The translations under genes were made by a program, and so were the position numbers. The notes under the pieces are model-generated. The model did not search any database. It was not told the DNA's origin and was given only the letters and a program-made list of their open reading frames with translations. Of a DNA stretch of 47,932 nt, positions 1-12,100 are shown one piece after another (positions within the stretch are counted from its first letter, which is position 1; every line of letters starts with the position of its first letter). This DNA is from Candidatus Omnitrophota bacterium (GTDB lineage: Bacteria > Omnitrophota > Gorgyraeia > Zapsychrales > JBDRMG01): assembly GCA_043812495.1 (NCBI GenBank), contig JBDRMG010000020.1:1-47932 (forward strand), read 5' to 3'.

Positions 1-141
1 AAGCCGAATACCTAACTCTACTACGCTCAAAAATTTCACTTCGTTTCATGTTTGAGCTTCGTAGAGTTCTACTTTCGCCTTTCCGCCCAAAATCTTTGAT
101 TTTGGGCGAGATCTCGCCCTGCTTTGCAGGGCGGACATCCC
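1..141. repeat. 141-bp terminal direct repeat, left copy
   Basis: Identical to 47792..47932; 141 is a common final assembler k-mer size. Confidence 0.97.
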
Positions 142-3100
142 CGTGGCAAGCCACGGGGTATTCGGCGAAGTAGAATAATACATCCAAAACCTCATGGCCA
201 ATCACACCTTTAGCAACAGAGAGATTGTAACTTATTGTATGGATATCTACACCTATCCTTCCAGCCGCTTCTTCTCTGTATCCATATATTTTCAAACGAC
301 CTTCCCCTGCTTTGTCTGTGCCTCCATAAACAATATCAAGATAATTTATCTGTCGGCGAGACAAGCCACAGCTTTCAAATATTCTTTTTCTATCTTCTTT
401 ATCTGGCGTTCTTTCATAAAACCTCCTAAGCAATGCATCAATCATGTCGCTAGGATAGACATCGGTTAATTGGTATGTTTTTAACATGTGCTCAAATAAA
501 TTAAACCCGGTCCTTGTGCGCAGATCCTCTTTGATTTGCGCTAACCTTTGTTTTTGCTCATCAGTCAAAATCTTTTGCATATCTTTATGCCGCCAAAATT
601 CATACAATTCTTCTATGCTCCAGGCTGAATTTGAATCTAATCTCTCCTGACAGACAGCCAGATAATGATCGATTCGTGCGCTATCCAGCCAAAATATACT
701 TAAGACCTTATTGATCGCGAATGCTGCTGTTGAAGTACGCATATGAAGCGACTTGGCAATCTCCACTCCAGTGTTATCTGCGGCAATCAATCTGATGATA
801 TCTGTATCGATATCCCTGGCTTCAATTTTGAACTTTATTGCTCTTAAATAATAAGGGTACAACTCCCTGATTCTTTCGCATAACCCTGGATATCGGCTAA
901 TGAGGGCCTCTAATTCTTCGGCGCGCAAGTTTATTAGATAAGCGCGCATTTTAGTGCAATCGCTTGCCAGAACTCTGGGATATTTCTTCGTGCCATTAAG
1001 CATAACGATTATTTGATCCAAAATATCAGGATAGGCGATGACATTGGGCGGGACTGGATCTAAATGATGAGGATAAAAACCTCTTTCGGGTATACGCTTT
1101 CTATCAATTCCTCCTCCTTGACGAATAAAGCGCAAGGCCTTGCGCTGGCCGCGGAGTATTTGTTTTCTCTTGTTAAAATCAACCTGAGAGGATTGGACAC
1201 CAAAAAGCATATGATACGCGCTATTTAATTTTTCAAACTCCGCCTCACTTAAGTCTCTAACGGCCTGCATCGCAAAGCCATTCACGACGCGGACATCCTC
1301 TTCGGCTAGGCGCTCTAATTTCTTCTTGAATTCTACAAACTCTTTTCTCATTTCAGGTATCCTAAAGAAACAGTTTAAATAACCGTATATTCCATCGCTG
1401 ACTATATCATTGTAATCCTCTGCCTTTAGATCCTTTAATGCACGGTTTTGATCGCTCTCGCTCTTAGGATGAAGTCTCTCAACAGCAAACCGGACAGCCA
1501 TATCCTTTATGTCTGTACCTTTGGATATCTCATCTAAACATCTTCTCATTCTTCCAAGAGTCTCTTCTGTGAGACGTTTTGTTTTTAACGCAGCGGGAGC
1601 AAGGCCAATGAGCTGCTTTATCCTTTCGGGATTCTTATCTCTTGCCAAATATAAAAGTTGGGCAAGAATATAATAGTCCTCTCTTGAAAGTGCAATCTCT
1701 TCCTTTAACTCAGACCTTAGTTTAGCGGCCGCTTTTACATAATCTCTAAGGCCTTTTTCTGTCTTAATCAATCTAACGACCATTCCTAAGAACACCTTAT
1801 ATAATGTCTTGTCTGCCATCCTCAGAGTTCCTGCCATTGATTTAAAACTATAAAGATTTTTATCAAAGATGCGCTCTAAGATCTTTGATTCCAAACCATC
1901 GAATTGCTCCTTGAGCTTAGCAAGATGCGCTGAAATATTTTCTCGTAGAATTCTTAAATACCACTTGGCCGCATATATAAGTTCTTTCTCGTCTATCTGT
2001 TGCCTATCTATTCTTATCATCCCTACGGTCACAATCGGAAATGCAAGCTGGCTTACAGCAAGTGCGCCAGCAGACCCATGCAATCCTGGGGCAAATATAA
2101 TAAAGATCCCAAGGGCCAAACCAAAAGCCGCGGTTATTGCAAGTAGTCTGTAATATATGTTTGACTGGAGATTGGAGATTGGAGATATCTCCCATCTGCC
2201 GTCTCCCATCCCGCCTTTGGCGAGGCTCGCCCGCCTCGGCCTTCGACCGAGTCGAGGCCGGGCCTCCGGCGGCTGCCATCTCTTAACTACTTGCCCTCGC
2301 GGCTTAATCATCTGCGTTAATCTGTGTCTACAATCTGCGTCAATCTGTGTTTCCACCGGCGCGCGGATGCGGATTTGCCAAATGAAGTAAGCTATCAATA
2401 TCATGGTCATCATTCCCACGCCCACAGCCACTGGCAGGAGGAAACAGCCGAAGCCAGAGCGCTCAGAGATACCTTTATCTACTTCGGATAAGAACTGACG
2501 TATAGGCATCGTATTCCAAACTTTTATATCGCGTCTCGCAAACATATCGATAGCTGAATCATATAAACTAAGGGGCTTATCAAGATTTATACCTCCTTCG
2601 ACCAAAAATCTTACCACCCTGATGATCTCATCGGTTAAAAGCCTCTCATAAGAAACTCCGTAGGCGCTCTCAGCTAGTTGTGATTTTGCTTTAACAAATT
2701 CTTTTTCATCTTCAGGCAGATCGATGCGCAGAAAACCTTCAGCTGAATCAGACGATTTTCCTAAAGAACCTCGCAAGCTTGCAGCTGCCCGTTCATCTCG
2801 ATTAAGGCGTTCGGTCATATCTACTTCTTTATCTGTATACTTGTACCAGTCACCAGCATGGCTTTCCTGAAACTCTCCTTCTTTATCAACTACATTACGT
2901 GGATAAGAATAAAAGGTTAACGTCTCATCATCAAGCCACAATACATCAAACACAACTAAATCATCTTTAGATTCCCCTACATCTTGAGTGAGTTCAATCA
3001 CTGCTTCTCGTGGCATAATAGGATGAAAGGCGCGAATATTTAGAATGAATCTTTTTGTCCTGACAATAATTACACTCCTCTTTGTAGCTTCGCGAGGACC

Positions 3101-6100
3101 CCATAATACAGGATGACCTTCCCTGCTTTTATCGTTCGGAAATATATAATATTGCGTTATTAGAAGCCATGCGGCATTAAGGATGATTGCATTTGTGGTT
3201 ACGCCCAAAATTTCTTTAAATATGCTTATGACTTCCTTGCCAAACTCATCAAGAATGCCTAGGCCAGGTCCAAAAGAATCAGGATAAAAATCATATGAAT
3301 TTAAGTAACGGCGTATACGATTATTCAATTCCTGCAATAATGCAATTCCTTTAATTATGTCTTCTGGCATATCCTCTACTCTTAAATTCTCCTCAGAGAT
3401 TGAACCTATACGCCGAAGAGCTCCTGTTACTGCGCTATAATCAAGACTGCCTAAATCGCTTAATAGACTATTTATATCCTTCTCTTCTTCTTTAAAAGAT
3501 TGTACTTCTATCCCCAACGTCCCCAACATATCTATCCTGGATACCTCTTCGCCTTTTGCATATTTCAAGATAGCAGTGGCTACCTCCCCAAGTTGCGAAG
3601 CGATATCTCTTTCTTCTATTTGTGCTGGCCATTGTCCTAAAAACACCAAGACTTCCGATTCATCTTGCTTTGATCCATACCTTTCAATCAGCTTCCCCAA
3701 CGCAGATCTTAAAATTGTTGTATAATCTTTGCGATCTTTATTTCCTGCTAGAAAGTCTTCTCCTAATGTCATAAGTAAGTTTACAAATGCTGGACACTTC
3801 GGTTCCTCCTCCTGGCTTAAATCCCAATCAAGATGCATCTGTAAAATTTTCACTACCCGCCTACTAGCTGTGAAGTAAACATTCCGCTCAAAAGCATTAT
3901 GCTGTCCTTTGTTTTCACGTAAAGTCTTTAATAAGTCGAATAGTTGATGTGTAAATTTATCGATACTCTGACTACTGGAAAGATCACCATCCACCATCCC
4001 CAACGCAGGCGGGAGGAAGGCGGGAGTTATGACGAGAAGTAGGGTGGCAGCGATTGGAAGAGCGTATAGGGTATAGGGTCTAGGGTATAGTTGAGAGCCA
4101 TAAGCCATTTGCCATATGCTATAAGCTAGTATGCCAAGTAAGACTAACCCAACAACCGCAGGCGATACCACAAAGCAGTCGACGCTCGTGGTATCTTCTG
4201 GTGCGGTAGGTGGCTTACTGTCATACCAAACTTTTATATACTCATCAAGACAAGAACTTATATACCTTATTGACCTAACCACTAATTCAGTATCTTCCTT
4301 AAATCGATTTACTTTATCCTTGAAAGCTGTATCGCCCAAAGCCAAAACTTTATCTCTTAATTCTTCAATAAAAGGAATCGGCATTTCCATTATACTTTTA
4401 GCTTGAGGTAACATCTCTAAAGGAAGCCCCAAATCCCCCCGTTTCCAAACTCCATTCACTAGACTCTTCAACTTCTCTGATAGCGTAGAAAGTTTGCCGA
4501 TCATTTCATTTATAGAGGGATCTTGTTGCTTCCATATATACTGTAATGACCTATCTTGAGCTAAATTAATCAGTCTTTCTAGGTTTCTTATAACCTCGAC
4601 TTCCCACTGCCAAAAAGCGATTAAAAATTCTTCATCTCCAGAGAAAAATTTCTCAGCTTGTTCAGATAATGCTCTAAGCCACACATCTAAAACAGTATCA
4701 AAATCTATTTTTGGTTTCTGGTCTTCTCCATCCACCATGCCCACCAGCCCCGCTGCCAGAAATGTTGCAAACATTTCTAGCGGGGCCACAGGCACCAAAG
4801 GTGCAATAGAAAGGGCTTCGGCTGCGCTCAGCCCAAGGGCCGCTGGGCCAATCTGACCGCTGATGGCTGACAGCTGATGGCTCAACAGGCCCAGCGGCCC
4901 AAGGATGATGACAATAAAACAAGAAGCCGTGAGGGCAAAACTCCATTTAATATAGCCTGCTTGCCCTCGCAGCTCGCTCTGTTTTCTGTAATCTGTTCTC
5001 TGGTTTCTATCGACATCCGGCCCCCTAATCATTCTTTGCCAAATAAAGAAAGCCGTCAATATTATTACTATTATTACCACAGTCTCTGGCAGGACAAAAC
5101 AACCAAGGCTACACATCGATGGAGAGGCGATATTATTATTAGTCCTAGCCCATGCTGGCGGGTCATGTTTAAAAGCTGGAACAGGCTCCCAAATGGCGCT
5201 TAATGGACCAAATGCTTCCACAAACCGTTCCAGCACTTCATTTCTTGGCCCTTCCCACCATCCTCTTCCTCTGACTCTAGGTTGAGTGGAAACAGGCAAA
5301 ATTCTAATCTCCTCAAAATGCCGTTCGCCTATATCAATGAAATAAAGTTCGCATTGAATGCGTATAGCGAAATATCTTCCGCTTTTTTGCCGCTCCTGAA
5401 TTGTTGCCAGCGGCGCGGTATCAAATGCACTGATTTCTATTCCTGCGTTTACTTCCGGATAACCGATTTCACGGGTGCCAAACAAAGTGATAATCCTTCG
5501 ATGGATTCGGTGAGGATATCTTCTTATATAAGGCAGGTTGAACCAGTTTTGCACTGCAGAGGCAGACGGCCATTCAAAAATATACTCTCGTCCGAGTGTT
5601 AGCGGCATTACGCGGATAGCATGTCGCGCTCCCTGGAAGAATCCGAAAATTGTGCCTGCGACGAGTTTGGATGTCTTATTTTCCCGGTCTAATGGTGGAG
5701 CGGTTTCAAAAATATCAAATAATCTGACGGAAGGATTCTTTCCCGCCTGATATGCTAATCTCAATATGACTTCCCCTGGAACGCCGTCTTCATTTTTTGC
5801 GCTTCGGCCTGGAGCTTCTTGTCGATTAACGACATCCATGCATATGGAGGTGTGAATTGTATCTATCCCATTATTTTCGAGTCTCTGGAATATCTGCTTT
5901 ATCAATAAATCAAGCTTGCCTTCTCTATGTCGATTTTTTACTTCTTCGAGTAAATGGATATTCTCCATTGTCAAACCTTTACTCATCAAGAATCTTAGAC
6001 GGCTGTTGAAAAATTGCGCTTTATCTATCACCCCGATATAATGCAGGTTCTCGCTGGAAACATTGCTGCCTTCCCGGGTCATTGTGGCATAGAAAGGCGT

Positions 6101-9100
6101 GCCGCTGCTATATCCGTCCATCCGGCCGCTCGTTCGGCTGGTCATGCTCCTGGCGTCTAGATGTGCATCCGCCACGACAATTCCCTTTCGGCCTTTGAAG
6201 GTATAGAAATTCGGATGGGCGAAACCGTGGTCGCCTCCGATGGCAAGAATTGTAATATGAGGATTTATTTTCTGTATTTCGGAAAAGACAGCCTCTACAT
6301 TTCGATAAGTGTCGGCAATGATGTCAGGATAGGGACCGCCATATTGCGAGGAGATCAATTTGTGCTTTTGAGGATTATATTCTGACACCTTAATATTGCC
6401 CAAATAGACTATGATTAATTCCCCAATATTCTCTTTGCCCGCCAAAGATAATTCAGCGCGATCAATAAGGTACTTTATAACCTCGTGAGGTCCGAATTTT
6501 GCCCCCGGTCGGCCAAGATTCTTAATGGCTCCCGTATCGTCTGGTTCCCCTATGATGACGATATCCGCATCCCCCAAGAGTTCACGCGTAGGTTGCTCTC
6601 CATCCCAGATATGAATTATTTTTGAAGAAAATTGTCCGGATTGCGGAACAACGAATCTTCTAAATACGCTATCCCCGGCTTCTTGAGCATCTCCTTTTTT
6701 GGATCCTGTGGATAGGAAATACCCTTCAAGTTCCCCCATGTTGTTTACAGTCTTATCGGCGCCGGCGTTATTAAGTGTTTTTTCTATTTGATAGTGTTCT
6801 GGCAACCTTAGTTTTCTAATATTTATTGTGGCCTTTTTTCTCGTAATCTCCTCCACGGCCCGCGAAACCAGCTCAGGACTAATAGCATTTGCAAAGCCGA
6901 TGAGGGTCAGGTTTAAATCAGCCTTCGCGCGCCTCATCAACTCTATTTCACTTGTAGCATCGGCGACAAAATAGAACCTCTCTATACCATGCTTTCCCCT
7001 AATATAATCAAATTGCGACTTACCTTTTTCTAATATGATCACCCCATTCTCTTTTCTTTCCCCATAGGCTATGAGGTATTGTCCAATTTTCTTGCCTAGT
7101 TCTGTTTTAAGCCATCGCTGGATATCTTCATCGGGATAACCAGAAATGAGAAACTGCCTTACTCCGCTTGCCTGTAGCTTCTTGAGCAGTTGCTCTGACC
7201 CTTTAAATAATCCAACACTTTCGTAGTCCCTCTCGATATATTCATTGTACAATTCGACGATATCATCCAATGACGCCAATATGCCTTGGCCGTGCTCCTG
7301 TTCGAATTTCATCAACTTTTGTCTGACATTCAATCCGGAATATTCAAAAAACTTATTGATCAGGTATTCCAGCGGATACTTTTGCCTATTTTCTTCTTTT
7401 ATATATTTTCTTGCGGCAATAGCCGTTGCCGTAAAAACAATGTGCATCTTTTCAACAAGCGTGCCGTCCCGGATATAGACAACGCCTATTTTATGATTTT
7501 CTATCCGATAAGGTTCTTCTTGATTCTCCATCGTTCCGATTTTGACCATCCCCGCCAAAGGTATCAAAGAGAAAATATGCAAGAAGCTAAGGGCCGCTGG
7601 GCCTAAGCTGCTTAAAGCAGCTAATGCTCCTCCACCAGCCACGGTTGAGGTAAGAGCAATCAGGCCCAGCGGCCCAAAGAAGATGATGATTAACCCAAAA
7701 ACCGCTATTGAAAGTGCACCAGCCGGCGCGCGAAAAACGAAAAGCGACCATGCGTTTGCTTTCTTTTCTGCTGGTGGGCCCTGTGCCCTTTTCACGATTA
7801 TGATCATGGCAAGAATCCCAAGGATCGCTAAGAAACCCAGCACCAGCAACAACTCCCCGGCAGATCCAGTCTGCCATAGTCTATCAAAAATTCCTGGAGA
7901 GGATAGACCCGACGGCACAGGGAACCCGATAGAACATCCGAGGGTAAGTCTCCCCGCCTTATGAAGTTTTCTAAGCATCTTAACGATCGTTACATGAAAC
8001 ATTCCTTTTCGGGTCAAAGTAAAATCCTTTGCTTCAATGTTTTCACGGATTTTGACGAGAAACGAAGGAATGTCCTCGTCCGTATAATTTTGATATGCGG
8101 CGACTGTTTCTAATATAAGCGTCACGACTGCAAGGTCTAGAATATTTGCTCTGCAACCGCGTTGAGGCGATTGGCGCGCTCTCATTCCCCATCTCCAGCC
8201 TTCTGATCCAAGTCCAGCAAATAAGCGCCTTAGGCGCATAGTATTCCGAAATGTTCCGAAGAAAGTCCCTGTCAGCCATCCGATGGCCTTGAAATCGAAT
8301 GCCTTTAATGCCCGGAATAATTGAATGAAGAAAGCACGGCGTTTTCCCAGGCCATCCTGAAACAATACGAATACCGTCTCAACAATATGCTTACAAATCA
8401 GCGACGAGGCCTTTGCCTCCATGTCCTTATTGATCTTTTCTATTCCAATGTTCACTTTTTTCAGGTATAAATATATGTATGAGACCACAAGGGACTCCAG
8501 AAGAGATCGAGCAACGAAGACGCAAGGCCATCGCTTTGCTGGAGCAGGGCAAGAAGCCATCGGAAGTAGCCGAAGAATTGGGAGTAGCCCGGCAGACGAT
8601 AAGCTGGTGGAAGAGAATCGTCCGGGATTACGGGAAAGATGGCTTGAAGTGTCAGCCCCATCCGCATCGCGAGAGTCAGCTATCTTTGAAGCAGAGACAA
8701 AAGCTCCAGGAACTTCTCTTGCAGGGTCCTCAAGCACACGGGTACGCAGACCAGTTGTGGACGCTGGAGCGAATCGCGAAGGTAATAAAGAAACATTTTG
8801 GAATCGGCTTTCACCCAAGTCATGTCTGGCGGATATTACAAAAGCTGGGGTGGAGTTGTCAAAAGCCGGAGCGAATCGCTCTCGAGCAGGATCACAAGAA
8901 GGTCGAAGAGTGGCGAAAGAAGACCTGGCCGAGGTTAAAACGGGGGAAAAAAGGTACTGGTCTTCATTGACGAGAGCGGGTTCATGCTGCAGCCCGTTGT
9001 CCGTCGGACGTGGGCGCTGCGGGGACAGACGCCCATTCAGCGTCAATCCCAGAAACATGATCGACTTTCGGTTATCAGCGCCATCAGCGTTTCTTCCAGC

Positions 9101-12100
9101 CGCAAGAAGTTCAATCTTTACTTCACCATCCACTCCGATAACATTCACTCCCTCGAAGTTCTCCGATTTTTGGAAAGACTCTTGCGAAAAACTCGGGGAA
9201 AGATTGTCCTCATCCTTGACGGTTGGAGAGTTCACAAGGCCAAGATCCTCCGGCAATTCTTCCAGGAACATCGTGACAGAATCCAGATTGAATGGCTCCC
9301 GCCCTACTCTCCCCAGCTCAACCCTGTGGAACCTGTCTGGAGTCATACCAAATACGCTGATCTGGCCAATTGGGCTCCTGCTGATGTTGCCAAACTTCGT
9401 TATGGCGTTCGCGTTTCGCTCAAACGTACCTGTTCCAAGCAAAAGCTTCTCAGGGCTTTTTTCAAAACTTCCGGCTTGGAAATTTGATTCTGATTCTTGC
9501 TTGAGGGTCGCTGTAGATGAGTTCATGGATAATCTTGGTCTATTCATATTGGTTAGGAAAAGGTCAATAACTTGGGTTCTGAGCTGTATCATTCTTCTTT
9601 TTCTTGGAATTTCCTCATTATCCAGAAAATCCTGAATGGTCTTTTTCAATTCATCACTTATCCTTGAGAGGTCGCCCTGCATCGTGGTTAAGTTGTCTCT
9701 CCTGATCTGCCAGTCCCCCTCTTCCGTCTTCCTGTCCACATAGCGGTCTAAGATGTCCCCGAGAGTCTTTAAGGATCGCTTAATTATTTTTTCTACGTCT
9801 TTCGTTGCCTCTAAGAGCAATAACAATCCTTTGGAGACTTCCTGGAATAATTTCTTCTCATGGGCTGTTTTAATTTCTTGCATTTTTGCACGGACTTCTT
9901 CGATCTCTTCGCAGACTTGATTCAGCTCCCTGTTGATTTCGGCGCACCGTTCGTCAAATATTCTTCTTGAACGGATACCGGAGAATCTTTCTCTGAAGTC
10001 CACATGCTTAATGGTCACATTAAGACCTTTAGCCCCCGATCTTATTTGCTCTATACGCTCCTCAAAAGAGACAATGGCGCGCTCCCTGGCTGTTTGTATG
10101 TTTCGATCAATGCTGTTCAATGCACCGGATAATGCCTTGATCGCGGCGTTCACGCAACCGGCGCTTTGCTGATGGGGAGTATTTTCAAAATCACTTATTT
10201 GAGCCTCCAGGTCTTCCGACAACCTTTCGACATTCCTGATTTCTCCGTCTTCTGCCCAGTCCTTGATTCCTTGCAATCTCCGCGCCAATTCTTCTGCGCG
10301 CGTTCTGAATTGCTTCAACCGGCGGGCCGCAAGAACCTCGTTCATGGGTTTTTCTACCTGATCAGTGTCTTTTTTCTTTCTAGGAGATCTGCGATTGACA
10401 ACAACTTCGTGGGCCGCTTTCAGAGCCAGTTTCAGGTCAGGGTTTGGATCTCCATCTTGAAACAGCTCCTCGGGTCTCTGGTGATGCGGATACAGCTTGG
10501 AATAGGGCTTCCATAAAGCTTGGTTGCTGACAATCAGCAGGCTCACTTTGATATACTGAATCGCTGTTTTTGCTTTCCCCATATACTGCATAGAGCCTTC
10601 ATAACTACCGACGCCTCTATCGCCGTTGAGTTGTTTTATCTTCAGCTCTGCCGATTTCCCGATATCTTCCCGCGGCGCATCAGCCGCAGAATCCAATATG
10701 ACAAAGACGCCTTTCCCGTTCCCTGCCGAATAATTAAGAATTTTCATCATCTCGTCTTCGTCTTTAAGTCCCTCAACGCCAAAGTGTTCAGTCAATAGAT
10801 GGAAAAGTAACGGCCTTGGTTTTATTTTTCTATGGGAGTGTTGCTGCCGTTGTTTGATTTTCACCATACCCACGACAAAGGCAAGCATTATCAAGCTCAA
10901 CAACCATCTCCACTCAATTCCTAAACTTTCAAAGCCCACAAATAACGGCGCAACAAGAATCTTGCAATCGCCTGCTTCTAATCGGTCTTTGATGGATATT
11001 TGCCCGGCATCCACCATGATTTCATTATCGCCAAATTTCGCACCCTTCTCTTCAAGATAACACTCTAAAGAATGCGGGTTCGATGCCCTTAAGATCACGC
11101 CGATCATAAACGGCCAGTAGTCGATAGAGTCAAAAATAGAACAACCGCTTCCCGGCATTCTTATCCGGGTTGTGCGGATGTTTTGAAATTGTCTCTTACG
11201 AATGGATGAGCAAACCGGCGTTTCCGTGGAAAGATGAATAATGTTCTTCAGGTGGGAACTATTGATCGTGTCTCTTTCTGAGCGCATTTTGCCGTCAATC
11301 GCCACAATGGTCGAGACAGGATAATCCTTTTGCTCGATGGCCTGGACCCAAAGCTCAAAGGCTTCCTGGCAGCAGAGTACAACAATATCCTTTGAAGATT
11401 GTGCATAAGGATCATCCTCGAATTTCCGGATAAGCTCTTCAACGAGCCTGTTTTGCAAAACGTAGTTTTGTAAGAGATCTTTGAAGATTCTTATGGGCTT
11501 AAACGGAATGCGGCTTTCAAATAAAGGAACAGGATGGATGCGGACATGTCTTTTGAGCAAACGGACAAACGGTACCATATCATTGGGCAGACCCGGACCA
11601 TAGTTGTCAATGCCATTCGTGACGGCATAGGACGTTTTGCGCAAAAATCCTGATGGGACGAATCGCTTTTCTTGAAGAACCCTCTCAAGAACTGCCCACT
11701 GCTTAAGATCACGGAGACATTTCCTTGCTTGTGGTGTATTGATGCGAGCGAGAATATCTGCCAAATGGTGAGCATAATCGGCTTCAACTGCGTATGCCCA
11801 AAGGAACATTTCCTCATCACAGATACGCCCGACTAATTGATCACCATAGGCAACAAGGCTGTTTTTGACTTCCTCAAGTTCTTCTTCTGTACGCTCTCTA
11901 AACTTTCTGCCCGTGCGCTCTTTGCCAAAGGACCGAATCATATGAACAAGGGCAAGCATTAATTGATCCATCGCCTCATTTGTCCTGATTGCGCCCAAAA
12001 GCCTCACCGCAGCGATCCGTTGTTGTTCTTTGGGATAAGTCATCACGGCATACATGGCCCGGTCGAGTTCGCAAAGCGCATCTGGTCCCATTGCGCTCAG

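Larger units (their letters stand above)
8465..9515 (+). mobile_element. IS630-family insertion sequence nested antisense in the giant ORF (ends approximate)
   Basis: HTH orfA plus DDE orfB typical of IS630; convincing terminal inverted repeats not identified. Confidence 0.85.

Noticed and set aside
8043..8279. Off-frame minus ORF as a relic of compensating frameshifts
   Set aside because: Judged only by how protein-like it looks; needs a homologue to test.
8399..9513. cagcgac / gtcgctg as IS630 terminal inverted repeats
   Set aside because: Only 7 bp match and the left copy lacks the flanking TA; ends left approximate.
8421..9635. 404-aa plus-strand ORF spanning the IS
   Set aside because: Ser/Arg-rich with no motifs; the lack of TTA/CTA in the adjacent register removes many TAA/TAG in this frame, so it is probably a shadow.
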